In this document: positions 11,996 through 24,098 of the stretch, piece by piece
Position numbering within the stretch: the first letter of the stretch is position 1
How the letters are laid out: every line of letters starts with the position of its first letter
NCBI GenBank assembly: GCA_030704615.1
Contig: CM060733.1
Location: forward strand, 45,198,001 to 45,262,000
Length of the DNA stretch: 64,000 nucleotides
Origin: Takakia lepidozioides
Taxonomy: Eukaryota; Plantae; Bryophyta
Direction: 5' to 3'
The notes under the pieces: model-generated
What the model saw: only the letters and a program-made list of their open reading frames with translations
The model's database searches: none
Told to the model about the DNA's origin: nothing
Made by a program: the position numbers and the translations under genes

Positions 11996-12899
11996 TTTTG
12001 TTCTACAAATGTTCCTTGAGTGACGTTCCTTTTGATTTGAGCCTATGTTGTTCCCTAGCAAGAAAGGAAACTTGCTATATAGATGCTTGTAAGAATGGTT
12101 CTGGCCAGATGTACCACAGGGTTTTGTATTCACGGAAACAGGTTGGAGACTGCCCAATTCAAAGTAAAGTTGAAGGACAATCGATGCAGATGCCCATGCC
12201 CTTGCTTGCACCTTTTCTTTCTGTCTCTCCAAAAGTTGAATGAATGTTTCCCTCTTATTAGTAAATTCAAAAAATGCCCTGCATCACTGAGGGCTTTTTG
12301 TTTCACTAGTGAATTCCAGTTTTGTCTGTGTGCAATATGAGCATTCCATCACATGTGTTCTCTTAAAAGGAATGGCAAATGTGCTCACAATTTCATGGGC
12401 TTCCCCCACGTTTGACAAGCCCCCTCCCTAGAAAGCAACGTCCACCAAATGGCAGTGTTATGTGTATGTGGAGACTTCACATGACAAATTTGCCTGATTC
12501 GTGAGATCATTAAATTTCTGGTGAAAGGTGTTGCAGGAGGTCGTGGGGTCAGAGCATAAAATGCATCCACACTGATGATTCAGACTGGGATAACTGTATT
12601 TCAATGTTTCGTCATCCCCCACTGCCTTCCTCCGCCACCAAAACACCTATGAAATCAAAAGGGAAACTGGTATGAAGTGGCAGAAGCCACAATGACATCG
12701 GTTTAACTCCAGCATTAGAACAAGTTACTACATATCACCACCAATAATTCCGAGAAGCATTCTACATGCCTCATCCAGATAGACAAGAATTCATTAGAAT
12801 TACAACAATGGGACTCCTTTGACCTGAACCTTCACTTATTTCCCAATACACTCGGTAGGCTTAAAGCACAGAAAGCCTACAGCAACCTCACCAGAAAGG

Positions 12900-13460
12900 A
12901 GGTTGATCTGGCTTTCTACAGCTGCAATGCACGGGAGAAAAAGTTGATCCGGCGTGGAATAGGTGTATCCAGGGATAGTCCGGAAGCCAATGCCACGCTT
13001 GAGGTTACACTGCGTTGGTTTACCAGTAGTCCCCACGAGAACAACCCCCATCTTGGAAATGGTGAATGCGGTTTGCATCCCATACAATGACTGCTTGTCC
13101 AACAATATGCTGCTAAGAAGCCCGTCAGTCGTACGCTGCTATATTCTGAGGCTCACAAGCAGGTTCCGATAGCCGAGCCATTGTAGCCATGGCAGCAGCT
13201 GTGCCTACAATCCCACAAGCTTGCCACCTGAATGCTCTCGGCCAGGTAATTCGCGGTCCTGCGCACATTACATCCAAAGAGACCCTCAATCGAGTGTACG
13301 ACTTTGACAATTTTCCCAGGTGACTCAGCCCAAAAGAAGAAGCAATAAGGACAAGAGACGCCTCGACCCTCGAAAAACAAGAAGCTCCAGCAACTACAAC
13401 AAACTAGAAGGGAACCACCGCCGAACCATCTACCGTTAGACAGCTCGAAATGTAAAGAGG
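12900..13460 (-). pseudogene. Possible highly decayed F-box/kelch-like C-terminal remnant
   Basis: Frame-hopping fragments [17 protein letters not shown]...CNL and AWHWLPDYP...GSTFSP parallel ESGGRLF and WSWLPLAP...GSSFVS of the upstream gene. Confidence 0.3.
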
Positions 13461-15298
13461 CCCAATGAAGAAGGAGACTGTGACGTGCAGCTCCCAGGAT
13501 TGCACTCACACTGTGACTTCACCTGCCGATCCCTACTTTCCACACCGCCACACAGAAATATCGTGCAAATTCACCTAAATCTACACAATGCCCGAAAGCA
13601 CCTGAAAACCTCCTCGCTAGGAATATGGAGAATAGTCATGAAGAGAGGAGTGGGAACGAACATGCACCATAGTGAATGGAGCAAAGAGGCCAAGCCACGA
13701 AGAAGCCTGCCACGCCCCCCGCCACCGCAAAAATACGCATCATGCGTGTGCAGGGGATGGCATCCTCCCGCATCAACTCCCCGCTCGATGCTCCCACCCT
13801 CTGCCTCAACGCCATCCCTGCTCGTGCCTTTCCCTCTCACACCTAGAACCCGAACAGGCACTTTGCAAACCCTAATCTGCCTTGCCTATGTATTTAGCCT
13901 TCCCCAGAATTCCTCACTGGGAAGAATTGGGTGCTGGATACACTCTTAGGCATAATCCAAGTTTCTGAGTACAGTTTAGTCTGCAGGAAGGCAAGGGCCA
14001 AGAGGTTGTCAATGTGCCATACTGTGCTTGTGCTCTCTCACACACAAATTGGCAATCCTCACATGCATGCTCATGAGATATGCTCTAACTGAAACCACTT
14101 GTCCAAATCTTGACTGGATTTCGTGTTGAGTTTGGGATCTCGTGTTTGGGATCCTGAGTAGCTGGAGTGGAGAATGCATTGACAACACGGATTTGAGTGT
14201 TTTACACAGGTCTTGTCAAGAAAACATACACATACTTCTAAAGATTCAAGGATGAAAGAATATGACTATATTGAAAGGAACTCTACTCCCAACCATAGAT
14301 TGATTCCCTCTCCCTTGAGCTCAATATATATATATATCTATTTGTTGTCTCCTACTCAGATATGTCTGCCCAGAGATGTCTATTGTCTATTCCCCCAAGA
14401 CTTATCTAATAGCTATTCTAAGCCACATTTATTCTAGGTATCTAGAATACCTAACTGGTGATCCAAAAGTTCATCTATCCTAATTCTACCAGGTCTGAAG
14501 TTGGTATTTCCGAGGTAATTGGGCAAGAGTTTGAGTTCTCAAAAGTCCGTCCTTCATTTGAGGACGAGCTTGTCATTGTGAAAGGCATTCTCTCACTCCC
14601 TTCTCGGCCCTCGAATCTCAGAAAGGAGAGTAGACTGGAGAGCCTGAATAGCAGGACACATCTCCCTCTTTAGCACCAAGAGGTGGAAAGGCTCCCCAGG
14701 CCAAGCAAAGATCATCTTCCTGGTATCCCCTCCTACATCTCTTCCAGGAATACATGCAGCTAACCTCAACAGTATCACAAAGTGTGAATTGGCAGTGAAG
14801 GCTACAAAACAGTTGATGTTTTTAGTGTTTTGAAGTTTTATGAGTACAAGGCTTTTGTCATCTAGCTAGAGAGTCTTGATTTGTGTATCAAAAGAATGAA
14901 AATTTTAATTTGAATATCTAATATGTTCTGTCTACAATAAACTAACTATTTATACATGTCACTTTCTAAAGAGCTGAAGAGCCAGCATAAGCCTAAGCTG
15001 TAGTCACATTTAAAAAGGAAGAGAGACAACTGAGGGCAGCATTAACAAGTAAAACGATGCTGGCACAACTTCCCCTTTGGTGTGTTAGGGCCACTGCGGG
15101 TGGGCGCATTTTAACAGCCATTTCTGCTTCCATGGGTGTATGACTGATAAAACTTCTACTCGAAACTGCTAAGTCCAACTGTTCGAGTTGCCAGACACAA
15201 GGCATGCTGCACAGTAACCTGTGAAGTGGAATATCACCTAACCAGGGCTATCGGCAGGAAGCTGAGGGAGAGGCTTAGTTAGGGAGCAAGTGCCCCCG

Positions 15299-18200
15299 TT
15301 ATTTGGGTCTCTCTTCATCATTCGTTCTATGTTCATACAGTCGAGAACTTGACTCGGCCAAGCTTTTGGGGTCTAACTGCAACGGAGTGTGGGCAGGGTC
15401 GCAAGAGATGACCTGGCTCACAGGGGTCCAGCAGGGCGCCACATCCCTGGAGGTTGTGACTCTTCTTGATGCACCATTGGCATGAGCTGCGTGAAGAGAT
15501 CCTCCTAGCTCAGTGGCACTGTCATAGAGGTCAAGGTGGCCTGATGCCAACGTGGGTCCTCCTTGGCTAACCAGGTCCGGGCGGAAGCTCTGTAGTCAAA
15601 GGCAGTGAATTTCAAAGTCAGAAACTCTGCCATCTGTCTTTACTGGTAGAAAATACCACCCTGAACCCCACTGCCCCTCCCTCCCTGTGTCTTTGCTCGT
15701 CCCCTTCTTGAACAGGGGGACTGGCATGCAACCACAGCCATCTATGCCAGCTTAATGGCAAGGGTTTGAAGCAACCTGAGCAGTGATGTCCATACCAGCA
15801 GACACATCGACACTTAATTTACCTGGAACAATTTGGTCTGACCACTTCAGGTTGAGGATCACATAACCTGGTGGGTTGAAACCCAACAACCAGCTCCGGA
15901 GGACTGATACCCCATGGGAACTATCCCCGCCTTATGGGTTATATGTAGTCAACATCTACAGGAAACCGTCAATAAGTACATTCTCTTTCTCCCTACTGCC
16001 AATGGTCCTTCGATATCAGTTGCAGAGCAATCACAGCCATGAGCAAGGAGGCTACATTTGCGGTGCTGGACATTCATTGTGTTGGTAGGTGAATACATTA
16101 GCTGTGCTGCACTTGACAGAATGCCTTGTCATCAGACATCCAGCAACTGCACTTCCTGCGTACATCTGTCTACCTCACTCTTTCTGCCCACTACAGACAC
16201 AGACACGCATGTACTACTCCTTAGCATTCTCTTGACTCCAATATGAAAGCTATGGGACGAGAACACTTACAAGGACATGGGAGATATTGGTGGTGGCGGC
16301 TACAGCAGGGACCAAAGCTAACATAGGTCCAGTCTGTTGTGGTGGCAGATTGATATGCACCATGTTGTCCAGGACAGGCCCAACCAAACCCTTTTGATAT
16401 GCTCCACATCGGAGATTGATGGACTGTGCACTTACGTCACCAGACATTCTCATCCCATCTGCTCCCTCAATCTCCCTCACGTCTGAGACACTGGTGATGA
16501 AGCTTGGTGCTCTGCCTCTAGAGAGAATCGACTCTGAATGGACTGAGCAGGGGGATAACTTCCCAAAGGAAGATGTGAATGCTTCCCAAGATGATGACAT
16601 CCCAGAACTTGGGCATCTGAACAAGTTCAAGGGGGAGACCTCCTCTTGCCTCCCTGATAGTTGCGCGTCTGTCTGAGAAAGAAAATGAGTTCTTAAGCAA
16701 TCTGGCAATCGAGGGAAGCCTGCAGCCAAATGGGTGGCTGCTGTGGTCGGTGCTTGCACCAAATAACTCTTGTTTGGTATCGGTAAATTTAAAAGTGGAA
16801 TTTGTGAAATAGGGTCAGAAAAACTTGGTGAAAGATCAGATGTTCGGAAAGGGATAGGGGCTGTCACCAGCGGTGAGGAGGGTAACTGGACAGGTAAGAG
16901 ACTTAGTTCATGGACACCCAGAGAAGAGGGGGGCAAGACGGCAGGTGGAGGTCGGATGGAGAAAAACGGTGTCGCGGGAGGTATGAAGCTGGAATCGCTT
17001 AATGTTGTAGGTAAATAAGGAGGGGCATAGGTATACTGTAAAGCTGCAGTCCCCAGAGGGCATGGGCAATAGTAGGGTGACAAAAGCGAGGAGGTGGAGA
17101 GGGGTATATAGGAGGAGCCCGGGGGGAGGAAGGGGTTAGGGGATGGTTCACCTGCAAAGGAAGGAAAGGGAAAGAGGCTTTGAGGCAATGGAGCAATAGG
17201 TAGGCTACAACATCCATGTGTTACATCTGGACTCCAGTCAATCCTTTCCTGTCGAGTAACCTGGGGATCCGGTTGCAATGAAGTATAGAGGCCTGCACAA
17301 TGACTGGAACCTTTCATCTTTTCTTGACAGTGAGAGATCCGAGTGCTCCAGGAAGTATTCAGAGTACCTCCACTGGCCAGGCTGGTTGGTAAGTTGCAGC
17401 CATTGGTGCATCCATTGGAAAAGCTACAAGGACTGGAATGACTAGGCACCTTGCTGCAGAAAGAGTCATTCAACCGCCGCCGTTGTTTCTCCCTAGAGGA
17501 CCCAATAGACTGGCTCATGGAAGCTGCCGCAACTTTAGTAGACACATTTTTGAGCCCACCAGATCTTGCAATGAGACTTCCCTCGATCCATGCAGTGGAT
17601 TGGCTGTGTGCTGGAAGTTGCATTCGAGTGAACTGCGACGAGAGTGGACTAAGAGTGGTGACGCGAGAGGGAGGACTGTCGCAAAGAGAAGGGTTGGAGG
17701 AAGGGGAGGGAGATGATGAGGTGTTCCTTGGTGTCGTATTTGTTGAGCTTGTGGAAAGGGGCATGGGGACAGGCACAGATGATTGGCCAAGACCACTTTG
17801 GGAGGGAGATGTTGCCAGCAATGCAGAGCAAAGATAACTGGCAAAGGAGTCCAATCTTGACTCATGGATGCCCGTCAACTGTGCTAAGGTAGGGCGCCGT
17901 TTCAGTAGATCCTTCATCTGCACTTGCACAAAGGAAGATCATCAACCAAACTGGACAGACTGTACGCTAATGGTTGTCAGAAAACAACACTAGGTAGCCT
18001 CCTGCCAGAGGCACTAGAAAAATGAACAGAAACACATGGAGACAGTCTAAACTCCTCTCACCTTGTAAACCAATTCATCACCAACAGCCTTCGACTTTTC
18101 TGACTGCCAAAAGAACGTAAGCCTGTCACCGGGCAGCTTGAGCATGAATGACCGCCCCGAAGCATCAGCTGTAAGCTCCTCCAAAAGCACACTACCATTT

Positions 18201-20739
18201 TCTGTGCTTGAGCTGATCACTGCAATCCGCTCCATGATGCCAGAATCTCCAATGAAAGATATCCGCATCTCAGAGCAAGGCAGAAGAGTTAAACTCAAAT
18301 AGCCCCTGCTTCACACCAAGACCAGTCCTCATTAGATTTTCTTTTTGCAAATGTAGAACAGCAAGTCCAGTTCAAGACACTAGGAGCAAACGACAAAAAG
18401 GATAGATGAAACTCCCCAGAATCAACCCCCTGATTGTGCATATTAGCAGTCCCAACAGGATTCACTCGTGTTAACAACTGAGCATCCTCGAGTTGACCAA
18501 TCCCCGGCACAGATTGATAGAGGGCTGCGCGCTGAGTCAAATGGGATCCTGGAGACTTTCTTCCTCTTGTTTGTCTCGAATCTCTGGTTGTTGAGTGGTT
18601 ATGTGCCCACTAGGAATGTGGTAGACTACATCGCTCAACAATAATTCAGTAAAGAAATATCTCGATTTCATTGCGGTTATCCACACTGGCGTACTTTAAC
18701 AACACATTATTAATCATACAAAATGTGTTTTTAAGTTTGAATGCATAATTATGCAACTGCCGAAAATGTGTAAACTTACAATTAGTAAGTCTTCTGACTT
18801 AGTTTGTGTAACCAACCAACCCAAAAAAATCCACACTCTGATTTTGAAAACTGCAGACCTAATCAGTATAACGGGAGTGCCGCATCTTCTTGCAGCAGAA
18901 TCTGCTGCAGCCTCTCACAGATTCAGAACAGGTATTCAGTCTGGCCATCATGGAATAGGTGGACTACTCCAGGCATTAAAACAACAGAAAAAGATGCACA
19001 TTTCTTGATGCCTTCTTTTTAAGCAACTCTGCACATTCATCACAACCACAGGACCATAATATCTCCACCCTGTTACAATGAGAATGGTGAATGAAAACCT
19101 ATTCCATGTGGTTTCTGGGGGCTCTTTCGATTAAAAGAGTTCTTAAAAATAACGGCCTTGTCTCTTTAAATTTCCCACCATGTGGAAGATCTTCCAGGGA
19201 AGGACCTCTGAGAATCCAAATGCAATTGTCACCCTGTTCCAGTATCAAATACTGATGGAAGTATAGATGTCACTTAAGGCATTCAGAACATATGAGCATG
19301 GCACGTTATGGTTCTCTCCAACCAGCCAGAGCAGTAGCAGCCACAAAGGAGGTGGCACCCAATAAAAAACTGAGTAGGAGGGGAGTTGCAGGGAGTGGGG
19401 GGCACACCTTGTGGTAGTGGGCCGCAGATGATGGCCATGTCGCAGTACCTTCCCCACTCGCAGAGACACAAGAGGGGCACAAAGGCAGCGTGCAAGCAAT
19501 GCGAGTTCCCGTGCTTTGAAGTGCTGCCAACCAAGCCACAAAAGCAGGCAGATTCAGTCACTCCTGTCTTGCCCCCTGATTAAAGCTTCCCTCTACATTG
19601 CAGGGGGCGCATAAGGTAGATGCCATCACATATCTGAGTGATTCCTCAAACCCTGACTCAACTGGTTATTAACAAGCTCCAATACCTCATCCACAAAACC
19701 AAACCTCTGGAAGCCCTTCAGCAGGATGCACCTAGAAACCGTTTCCAGGTCCTAGGGTGCTCGGCAGTCACCGTCACGAAGAAACCCGATCAGATTACGA
19801 TTAAGCTCACACAGTATCCATGGACCTCTAGGTAACATCGGACGCATCCTCGTAAAGGGAAACAACCTGGCCCAGATGTGCGAGAAGGCGGCCATCAGCT
19901 CCGAAGCACGATACATTCCATCGCAGTAGTGGCCGCAGACGCTCATCTGCACGACAAGCCCCCATCACTTGCAACTCCAACGCTTGCAACCATTGCAAGG
20001 CTCCCTCATCAGTGTCCCCCCGCTGTACAAATCGATGCACCTCGTCTCTGCCTGTGAGAATGTCGCCAACAACAGTGGCTGCTACCCCATTCCGGTCTGT
20101 CCGAACCTGCTGACGCGGGCTTCTTACATCAACTACTCTTGTGCTCCCTGCTCTTCCCATAGAGGACAAGCTACAGAGATGGGATCGTAGGGATTGCTCG
20201 CGCTCAGCATTGGTAGGAGTCACCGCATGTGGTAATCCGAATTCGTGCCTGGGACCCTTGGATGGTATTGATGAGTTTGAAGGAGCAGTTTCAGCTGTCG
20301 AAGCCGCCGACACAGTAGCAAGGGGGTCGTCAACTAAGGGGGAGGCTGGCCCTTGCGGAGCCACTATACTACTCTGAGGAGTAGGCACCCCGCCTCCAAG
20401 TTGCCTCTTCCAAGAACTTCTATGGTTTCCTAGCTGGGATTCTTCGAAATTGTTACTAAAACTGCAACCTGCTGCAAGTCCCGACGACGAACCTGCATGT
20501 GCCGCCCTCGTCTCCGGCATGGTAACCATATGTTCAAGTCTGAGGCCGGCCTCGTCTGATTCCGATTCCTGGGATACAGCATCCAAAGATCTTAATAAAG
20601 CACCGGAAGAGCCAGCCCTTGCTTCATATTGTGGCGCCGTTTGCATAGCAATACGTTCTTCACTAGAGTCTGTAATATCAGATACATTCTCAGACAATCC
20701 TGTCTCACCTTCACCTCGAGAGGCTTCCGATGATATCAT
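15299..20739 (-). CDS. At2g39950-like ('flocculation protein') uncharacterised protein with a Pru/Rpn13-like domain and Ser/Pro-rich C-terminus
   Basis: Phase-consistent GT-AG exons 20739-19867, 19523-19408, 18305-18062, 17917-16436, 15589-15299; conserved blocks GACRADERLRPLL, GRSFMLKLPGDRLTFFWQSEKS, SPYYCPCP, FSDPISQIP. Start codon uncertain. Confidence 0.85.
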
Positions 20740-20935
20740 TATCAATGGTCGGCCGTGCTTGAATGCAAACAATTACATGAACTGGGAACTAAAAACACTA
20801 ATGTGGCCCGGCACCAACACAACGGCGCCCTCAGAAAGTGATGCACTGCTCACAAAGAGAACTCTTCGCCACCCTCACTACCAGAACTAGGGGAATAGCT
20901 TGAGCCACACTAAAGCATCGGGGAATAAAGAGACA

Positions 20936-20957
20936 CAGAGAGAGAGAGAGAGAGAGA
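20936..20957. repeat. (GA)n microsatellite
   Basis: Direct. Confidence 0.9.
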
Positions 20958-21539
20958 TTGAGCACAAGGCGGGAAAAGTAATTACAACAACAGCAAAACC
21001 GAATCCAATAAGCGAATCGAGTGCCACAGAATAGTACACAGTTGCAGATGCAACGATCACAAGTGTATGATGGACAAATGATGATTAGTACAGGCGAGAT
21101 TTAGAGTTAACATGACCGAAACAACCAAACTTCCCAAAGAATGAGCACAATCTCGCAATCTGAAGATAAGCTCCTACCTTCTTCTGCTCTCAAATCTACT
21201 CACATCCGTCATAGTCTAAGGAGCGGGAGCGCTCCTTCACATATCCTCCAAAGCAGAGCGGTGAACCTAAAAGTACCTACCTACAAAAGGGACCGCCTGC
21301 AGAACAAGTCCTAGTCTCTACTCATGAGGGATCCGTCCCAAGACATCTCCTAGGTGCCAGAGAGTACGCATATTCCACCACACAATTCCACACAGACAAC
21401 GACCGAAACCTAATCTGGCGTCGACACTAAAAGCTTCCTAAGCGATCCACCGCTTTACTGCGCAGGACCGTCCTGTGCAACCTCGGATGCCGGCAACCAC
21501 CGCACCGCAGCGAGCGAGCGCAGGATCGTTGCCGAGCGA

Positions 21540-22420
21540 AGGAGACAGGGAATACATGAAGCGGTTATGCCATGCATGCCATGCCCGCAGCCATGGCCGC
21601 CATGCATGCATGGCGGGGGCAGCGGGCAGTAGCAGTTACTAACCGTGTGGGCCCCTGCCGGCCCCGCCACGCGGCGAACTCTGAACTGTCAAAGCAGGGG
21701 CAGTCCCGAACGTCGCGGCGCGCGGGGAGGGATAGCGGGCCCGGCCGCGCGTTGTGGATATCACGGGCCACGTGGGACCGGCCGGTTTTCTGGTCTGACA
21801 CGGGCGGGGCCCATGGTACGGCCAACGGGGGCGTGGGAAGGTGGCGCGTGGCGGGATCTGAATCTCCGATTCTGTTCCACTTGCGTGGTTGATAGACAGC
21901 TTGTGTGCGGGTGGTGCGGTCCCGGGCTCGAATCCGCAAGACCCGCTCTGAAAGTGCAGAGGGGCACCCACCCGGGGACCGGTGGCAGGAATGTGGGCCC
22001 CACTGGCCGAGGCGGTTGGCGTTTAGTGGCCACTGATCCGACCGTCGAACAGAGATCGACGGTCGAGCTTACTAAGCCTGGCACGTGGTTGTTCCTAATC
22101 CGCCGATGATTTCGATCCGAGGGTCGATGGGGGACCAGTGTTGGAGGGGTATACTGAGGGAAGGTATGAGCAAGGGTATGGGACCATACGACCATACGAC
22201 CATAGCCATACTATGGGTATGAGGGCAGGATACCAGACCGGGCAGGTAAGCATGGGGAAATACCCCGGGGAGACAGTATGGGGGGCAGTACGCAAAAAAC
22301 CTAATCTCAAACAGGCTATATTGATACCTACCATACCAGACCGGGCAAGAAAAACATTGATATACTGTACATACCAGACTGATACATACCAAAATAAATA
22401 CCTCTTTCCATACTAGTACC
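21540..22420. mobile_element. GC-rich non-coding element with CCATAC/GTATGG and ATACCAGAC repeats (possible non-autonomous DNA transposon)
   Basis: Abrupt CpG-rich segment; ATACCAGAC x3, ACCATACG x2; CAGTATGG (~22274) and CCATACTAG (~22409) form imperfect inverted ends. Confidence 0.35.
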
Positions 22421-24098
22421 TGCCACGTATCAAGAAGATCCATGATACCAGTCCAACACTGGGATTGACCCGCATCATCGTATATGGCATATGGCTATGG
22501 GCATGCACATGCAGACAAACGGATGCATGAATGGATAGCATGTGTGGACTGGGTCGTGATGGTGGGAGGATGTGCCAATACATTAGGCTGGATGAGGACA
22601 GATGGATGCAAGTAGAGAGAGGTGGATGAATGACGAGCGTATAGACAAGAGTATCTGTGTTGTAGTCTCGCTGTGAATAAGTTATTAGTCTCGCTTGCTG
22701 TGTTTCGTTGTTCCTTTCTGCATGCGGCGATGGAGGACGTGCGGTGCGCAAGTGAATGAAGCTGTGCTGCAACAGGGAAGGGGTCCACAGAATGACGCCA
22801 TGCATGCAAGAAGGTTATGAAGAAAAAGCAAGTGCAGGACGAGCATTGATGACAGTGTAGTGATGATCATTCTTTCGAAACTTGACTTGCTTTCACTGTC
22901 TGCGCTCACCCGCTCCGTGCCAATTGGGGATGGCCTCCTCCTGGATCATCCGTCTGTGCGTGGGCTTCCTCGCTTCGTCCTCTGCACTGGGCCGCAATCG
23001 GCGTGACGCTGTTTGAGGCAAATCTCCGATGCAATGCGCTTCGGGGAATCTCGTACAAACAGTACAACTGGCACCTTTTTTCGAAAACCGGGGCGGGCAT
23101 GTGAGCCATGGCTGCCATGTACTTCAGTTTGAAAACTAACTTACTCTTTCGTGTTTAGAGCCCGGGGCCACTGATGGCACCAACTGAGCTGCTTCCTTTT
23201 CTGTTGATTTGGTATGGTTAGATGGGGCACACCAGGAAAGGTCGGCAGCTTCTGGCAGACATTCTTGAACTGCCCTTTTGGCCTGTGGACCCACACAAGA
23301 TTGAAACCTTACCAAGGTGCTGATGGCAGGTAAGCAATAGTGCCACCACGTGATCCAGCATGTCCTCCAAGGTTTAGGGTGTGTTCTATACTTTCCATTT
23401 AGGAACATGATCTGCTCTGTTGTTCCTCCAGATCTGATGGACGAGCTCTCAGTGAGTTTATCTTATTCCCTTGGATAGACAGGATAAAGTGCTTGGCGAG
23501 CCTCTGTTTCCAGCCTGCGAAGAAAGCATACACAGTTACTTAATTTCCTGTGAGAAGCATTAGTATGTTGTGCTCCGCTAATCATTCAGCTCTAGGGAGG
23601 CTGCTTGAATTAGCTTGGAAATACCCCTTCACCACCCACAAAAAACCCTTGAAATCAGAATCAATCCCGATTTATCTCTGGGCTTCACATGGGCACAAGC
23701 TTGAGTTACCCTACCATTCTAGTTGTGATTGTGATCGTAGTAACCCCTGCCATTTTCTGCATTGGGTCCAGAACCTTCTAGAACAAATGGAACAATTAGC
23801 AGAATTTCATACCCTACAATGCTCACTTCACAGTAAATGTTGCCTCCTCACTAACTCGCTCAGTAGGAACCTTTCCTAGAAAGAGTGTGGATGCTTGCGG
23901 TGACCAAAAACCATCATGGGAAATTGGCATCCTAAGGGACAAAGGTTGTGTGGAGAAAGGATTGATGGCAGTGACCCCTCCCATCAGCGGCAAGCAGTGG
24001 TGAAAGCTGTCTTTCCATGGGAGCACTGTAGAAGCATGTCTCTCTTCCAAACGATGCCAAACAACAAATACAGTTGTCTCGTCCACTCTTTCTCTCTA

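Noticed and set aside
14050-14460. Possible LTR fragment
   Set aside because: LTR-like composition, but no defined TG...CA ends, PBS/PPT or TSD.
21455-22443. Multiple overlapping ORFs
   Set aside because: GC-rich, stop-poor sequence with no domain or consistent frame.
22906-23515. Additional coding exons downstream of OST48
   Set aside because: OST48 ends at 24099 with the canonical LYHK*; these frames contain stops and no recognisable motif.
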